A DNA stretch of 64,000 bases from Entomortierella parvispora E1425 (taxonomy: Eukaryota; Fungi; Mortierellomycota), in assembly GCA_020891255.1 (NCBI GenBank), contig BQFW01000004.1, positions 124,001 through 188,000 of the forward strand. Reading direction: 5' to 3'. Below the pieces are notes generated by a model that was not told the DNA's origin, did no database searches, and saw only the letters and a program-made list of their open reading frames with translations. Below are positions 61,198 through 64,000 of the stretch, in pieces. The stretch's first letter is position 1, and every line of letters begins with the position of its first letter. The position numbers and the translations under genes are program-made.

Positions 61198-63288
61198 ATG
61201 CCTGCTTTGATCGGCCTTCCTGGCACCCAAAGTGCTGGATCGGGATCGACCACAACCAAGACAGCACTTCAGCTCAAGAAGCAACAGCAGCAGGAACAGC
61301 AACTCCCTCTGCCTTCCTTGACCTTCAATTGCACCTCGCCCTTTGATCTGCCAGAGCTCTGCGACCAGATCGCAGCCTACCTTGATCTGCAAACACTCAC
61401 TGTCGTGGTCAGGGTCTGTTCGCAGTGGTACGGGTGCTGGATCCGACATCTCTGGCGCAAGGTCCAAGTCTCCACTTCCGTGGGCTCACTGAACTACCAC
61501 AACGTGGAGATGCAACGGGCTTTCGGTCGAATGGGTGGCTCCATTCGCCATTTGGAATGGATGCATCAGTCCAATGACCTTTTCTCCGAACATCTGTTGA
61601 AGGCCATGGACCTCTCGGGGCTGAACACAGAGACACTGTTGCTGTCCAACTGGACCAAGGCGTTGGAAGCCTCAACTCTCGATCGATTTGTTCACTCTTC
61701 TGCACCAAGACTGAAGGTGCTGCAACTCCACAACATCGCCGCTGTTCGAGGCGATCTGATCAAGGTCGCTGCGACGTCGCTGCCCAACTTGCGGCACTTC
61801 AGCTTGACCATGGCTGAGCCAGAATCCTCGCACAGCCACTCCCGTCAGCGATCCGGGGTCTCTACCCCGACAACTACCTCCGCCTCCAGCAGCGGCACAA
61901 GTACTCCAGCGATGGTCACAGAGTTGGCGGAGTTTAGTGGAGAATCGACCTCGGCTGAATCGCTAATGACTTTACTGGATGCCTGTCCAAAGCTGCGTGC
62001 GCTGGTCCTCCAGGACGTGCGAACCCCTCTGCTCACCCTCACAGCGACCGAGGATAATGAAGACTCGAACGAAGAAGACATCCGCTCAGAGCCACCACAG
62101 ACCCCCTTTTTTCGGCCGATGCAGTACCTTACCTCGATCAACTTGCACGCCACCACACTTTCCGGTTTGACTCTTTCCGGACTTTTTTCTCGTTGTCCTC
62201 AACTTGCCAAGTTAGATTTGGGTCAGGACTCGGCACTCTTCCTCTCGGGATTTCATTTGGACTCGAAACTGGTCATGAAGTCGCTCTCGGTTCTCCACAT
62301 GGGCCAGTGTCACTTTCTGGACGGCGCCGGATTCAAGGAGATCATGAAAGCTTCGCCCAGTTTGAGAATGGTCGACATCTCGCAGTCGAGCGTGGATGAT
62401 GCGGCTCTGGCGGTTCTGGGACGACAATGTCAAGAGATCACCGATCTGAACTTGGATAAGTGCACTCATATAACGGACCAAGGTGTGCGAGACATGCTCT
62501 CCCATAGCAAAACTTCCGCTGCTGGCTCTACGACGACCCAGGAACAGCAGCCACAAGAACCGTACAGAAACTACAACTTGCAGAGCCTGTCCATTGCTGG
62601 GTGTACAGAACTGACAGGCCAGGGCATCCACCACATCCTGATGACCTGTGCCAGACTGAGAACTCTTGACTTTCAACAACCCGAGATCATGCCCGAGGCT
62701 CTCTTCCCCCATACCCTAGAGACTGTTGATGAGGATGAAGTCCCAACAAATCAGACCCAGGGACAGGAACAGGATCAAATCGAGTCTCTGGCCAGTTCAG
62801 AGGTGACCCCTGTCCACCAGGAGACAACTTCATCAACAACTGCTCCATTATACCCAGGAAGCCTCCCAGCCTCCATTGTTCTCGCAACAGGATTGGAATC
62901 CGCCCTCGAATTATCAGATAATGAGGCCACCGCCGCCGCTGCTCCTTGGGCGTGTAGTGAAAGTTTGGAGCTTCTCAGCATCAAGCGCCTGAACACCATC
63001 AACCCCAGTCAGACCCAGTTCTTGAACGCTCGCCTTCGAGAGTTGTCCCATCTTAAGGTCCTGCACATTGGAGGCAGTCAGTTGGAACTGTCGGTCCTGC
63101 TTGGACTGAGCCACCGACTGGAACATCTCTACATTGACGATCTGGCGCGTGAAGTCGATTTGAAAGATGTCCAATGGTTAGTCGATCAAACGCCAAAGCT
63201 AACGCGCTTGTGGTGCCGCCAGTTGATTCGGCACTCAGAGCCGTGGAAGATGCTCCGAGGCGCGAGAAAACAACTCAAGTTGTGGTAG
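61198..63288 (+). CDS. F-box / leucine-rich-repeat (RNI-like) protein, 696 aa, single exon
   Basis: F-box FDLPELCDQIAAYLD...VRVCSQW followed by LRRs (L..LDL..C..ITD.GV, LQSLSIAGC..LTGQGI). Confidence 0.85.
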   Translation: MPALIGLPGTQSAGSGSTTTKTALQLKKQQQQEQQLPLPSLTFNCTSPFDLPELCDQIAAYLDLQTLTVVVRVCSQWYGCWIRHLWRKVQVSTSVGSLNYHNVEMQRAFGRMGGSIRHLEWMHQSNDLFSEHLLKAMDLSGLNTETLLLSNWTKALEASTLDRFVHSSAPRLKVLQLHNIAAVRGDLIKVAATSLPNLRHFSLTMAEPESSHSHSRQRSGVSTPTTTSASSSGTSTPAMVTELAEFSGESTSAESLMTLLDACPKLRALVLQDVRTPLLTLTATEDNEDSNEEDIRSEPPQTPFFRPMQYLTSINLHATTLSGLTLSGLFSRCPQLAKLDLGQDSALFLSGFHLDSKLVMKSLSVLHMGQCHFLDGAGFKEIMKASPSLRMVDISQSSVDDAALAVLGRQCQEITDLNLDKCTHITDQGVRDMLSHSKTSAAGSTTTQEQQPQEPYRNYNLQSLSIAGCTELTGQGIHHILMTCARLRTLDFQQPEIMPEALFPHTLETVDEDEVPTNQTQGQEQDQIESLASSEVTPVHQETTSSTTAPLYPGSLPASIVLATGLESALELSDNEATAAAAPWACSESLELLSIKRLNTINPSQTQFLNARLRELSHLKVLHIGGSQLELSVLLGLSHRLEHLYIDDLAREVDLKDVQWLVDQTPKLTRLWCRQLIRHSEPWKMLRGARKQLKLW

Positions 63289-63712
63289 TTCAGGATGCCC
63301 GAAATCACCCCTCCCCTGCTCACATCTCCCTCACTTTCTGATTAGAAAGCGCACACACCCTGTCCCTCCCCCCACTTTTTTTCATATATCATAGACGCGT
63401 ACAGATTTTTGCATCAACAATATAGACATATAGACCATAATGGAAGTGGTTTACCCGAACTTGTGTAGCAAGATGTATACCTTCTCCCTTTCATCCGCAG
63501 GCAATGGCAAGTCAGTGACGAGCTCAAGCTCCTTTTGCCTCCTAGTTCCGGGCAAATCAATGCGATGCATGATGAAGACTCAAAAAGACCCCGGTTTTTT
63601 TTTCCCTCCGTTCACACTTTTTCTATTCCTTTCTTCACTCTTTCCACGCTCTCTTCAGCATTCAATCAGGCGTAACTTTCCCATCAAACCTCTCAAGAAA
63701 ACTCGAGAAAAC

Positions 63713-64000
63713 ATGATTTTCAAGATTCTCTGTCTTTGCGCAGGCTCGGTCGGCTATGTCGCATCCAATTTCCAACCACGTACATCAACAACAAAATCCA
63801 AGCAAGTGGATAAGGCCAAGGATGAGGGCCTACTTATTCGCATAGTCATTCACGTTCTTTCAATCATGGCGACCGTCCACGCCTTGGGAACCGTGGTTTA
63901 TATCTTGCTGATGATCTATACCAACGGCCATTCTGGAAAGAATCCTAGTCTCTCCATAACCGGCAACAAGGATGTGGATGTCGCCCTTTGGCAGCTCATC
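63713..64000 (+). CDS. 5' part of a probable membrane protein (possibly ICMT/PEMT-like methyltransferase), truncated by the window end
   Basis: Stop-free 96-codon frame from ATG 63713 (MIFKILCLCAGSVGYVASNFQPR...) with two hydrophobic segments. The family assignment is only a guess. Confidence 0.45.
   Translation, partial: MIFKILCLCAGSVGYVASNFQPRTSTTKSKQVDKAKDEGLLIRIVIHVLSIMATVHALGTVVYILLMIYTNGHSGKNPSLSITGNKDVDVALWQLI

Overview
Eukaryotic, intron-rich fungal DNA; most likely Mortierellaceae (Mucoromycota), inferred from homopolymer-rich short introns, F-box/LRR and beta-lactamase-like genes and microsatellite-rich intergenic DNA. I rebuilt spliced models by hand, checking splice signals and reading phase at each junction. 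Gene order: class C beta-lactamase-like serine hydrolase (-, runs off the left edge); kinesin-4-like motor (-, 7 exons, one GC-AG intron); ABCC/MRP4-type transporter A (+); DNA topoisomerase I (+); a giant ~3,650-aa His/Gln/Ser-rich modular repeat protein (-, 10 exons, split into at least 8 pieces in the ORF track); PHD-finger/AT-hook nuclear protein (+); bHLH transcription factor (+); ABCC transporter B (+, paralog of A with ~99%-identical NBD2 tracts); Skg3/Caf120-like PH protein (-); F-box/LRR protein (+); and the start of a membrane protein (+, truncated). No rRNA, tRNA, CRISPR array or intact transposon was recognised. The strongest novelty candidate is the giant His-rich protein. It carries six copies of a His-rich C-x4-C module and several interspersed short repeated motifs, and I cannot assign it to any family I know.
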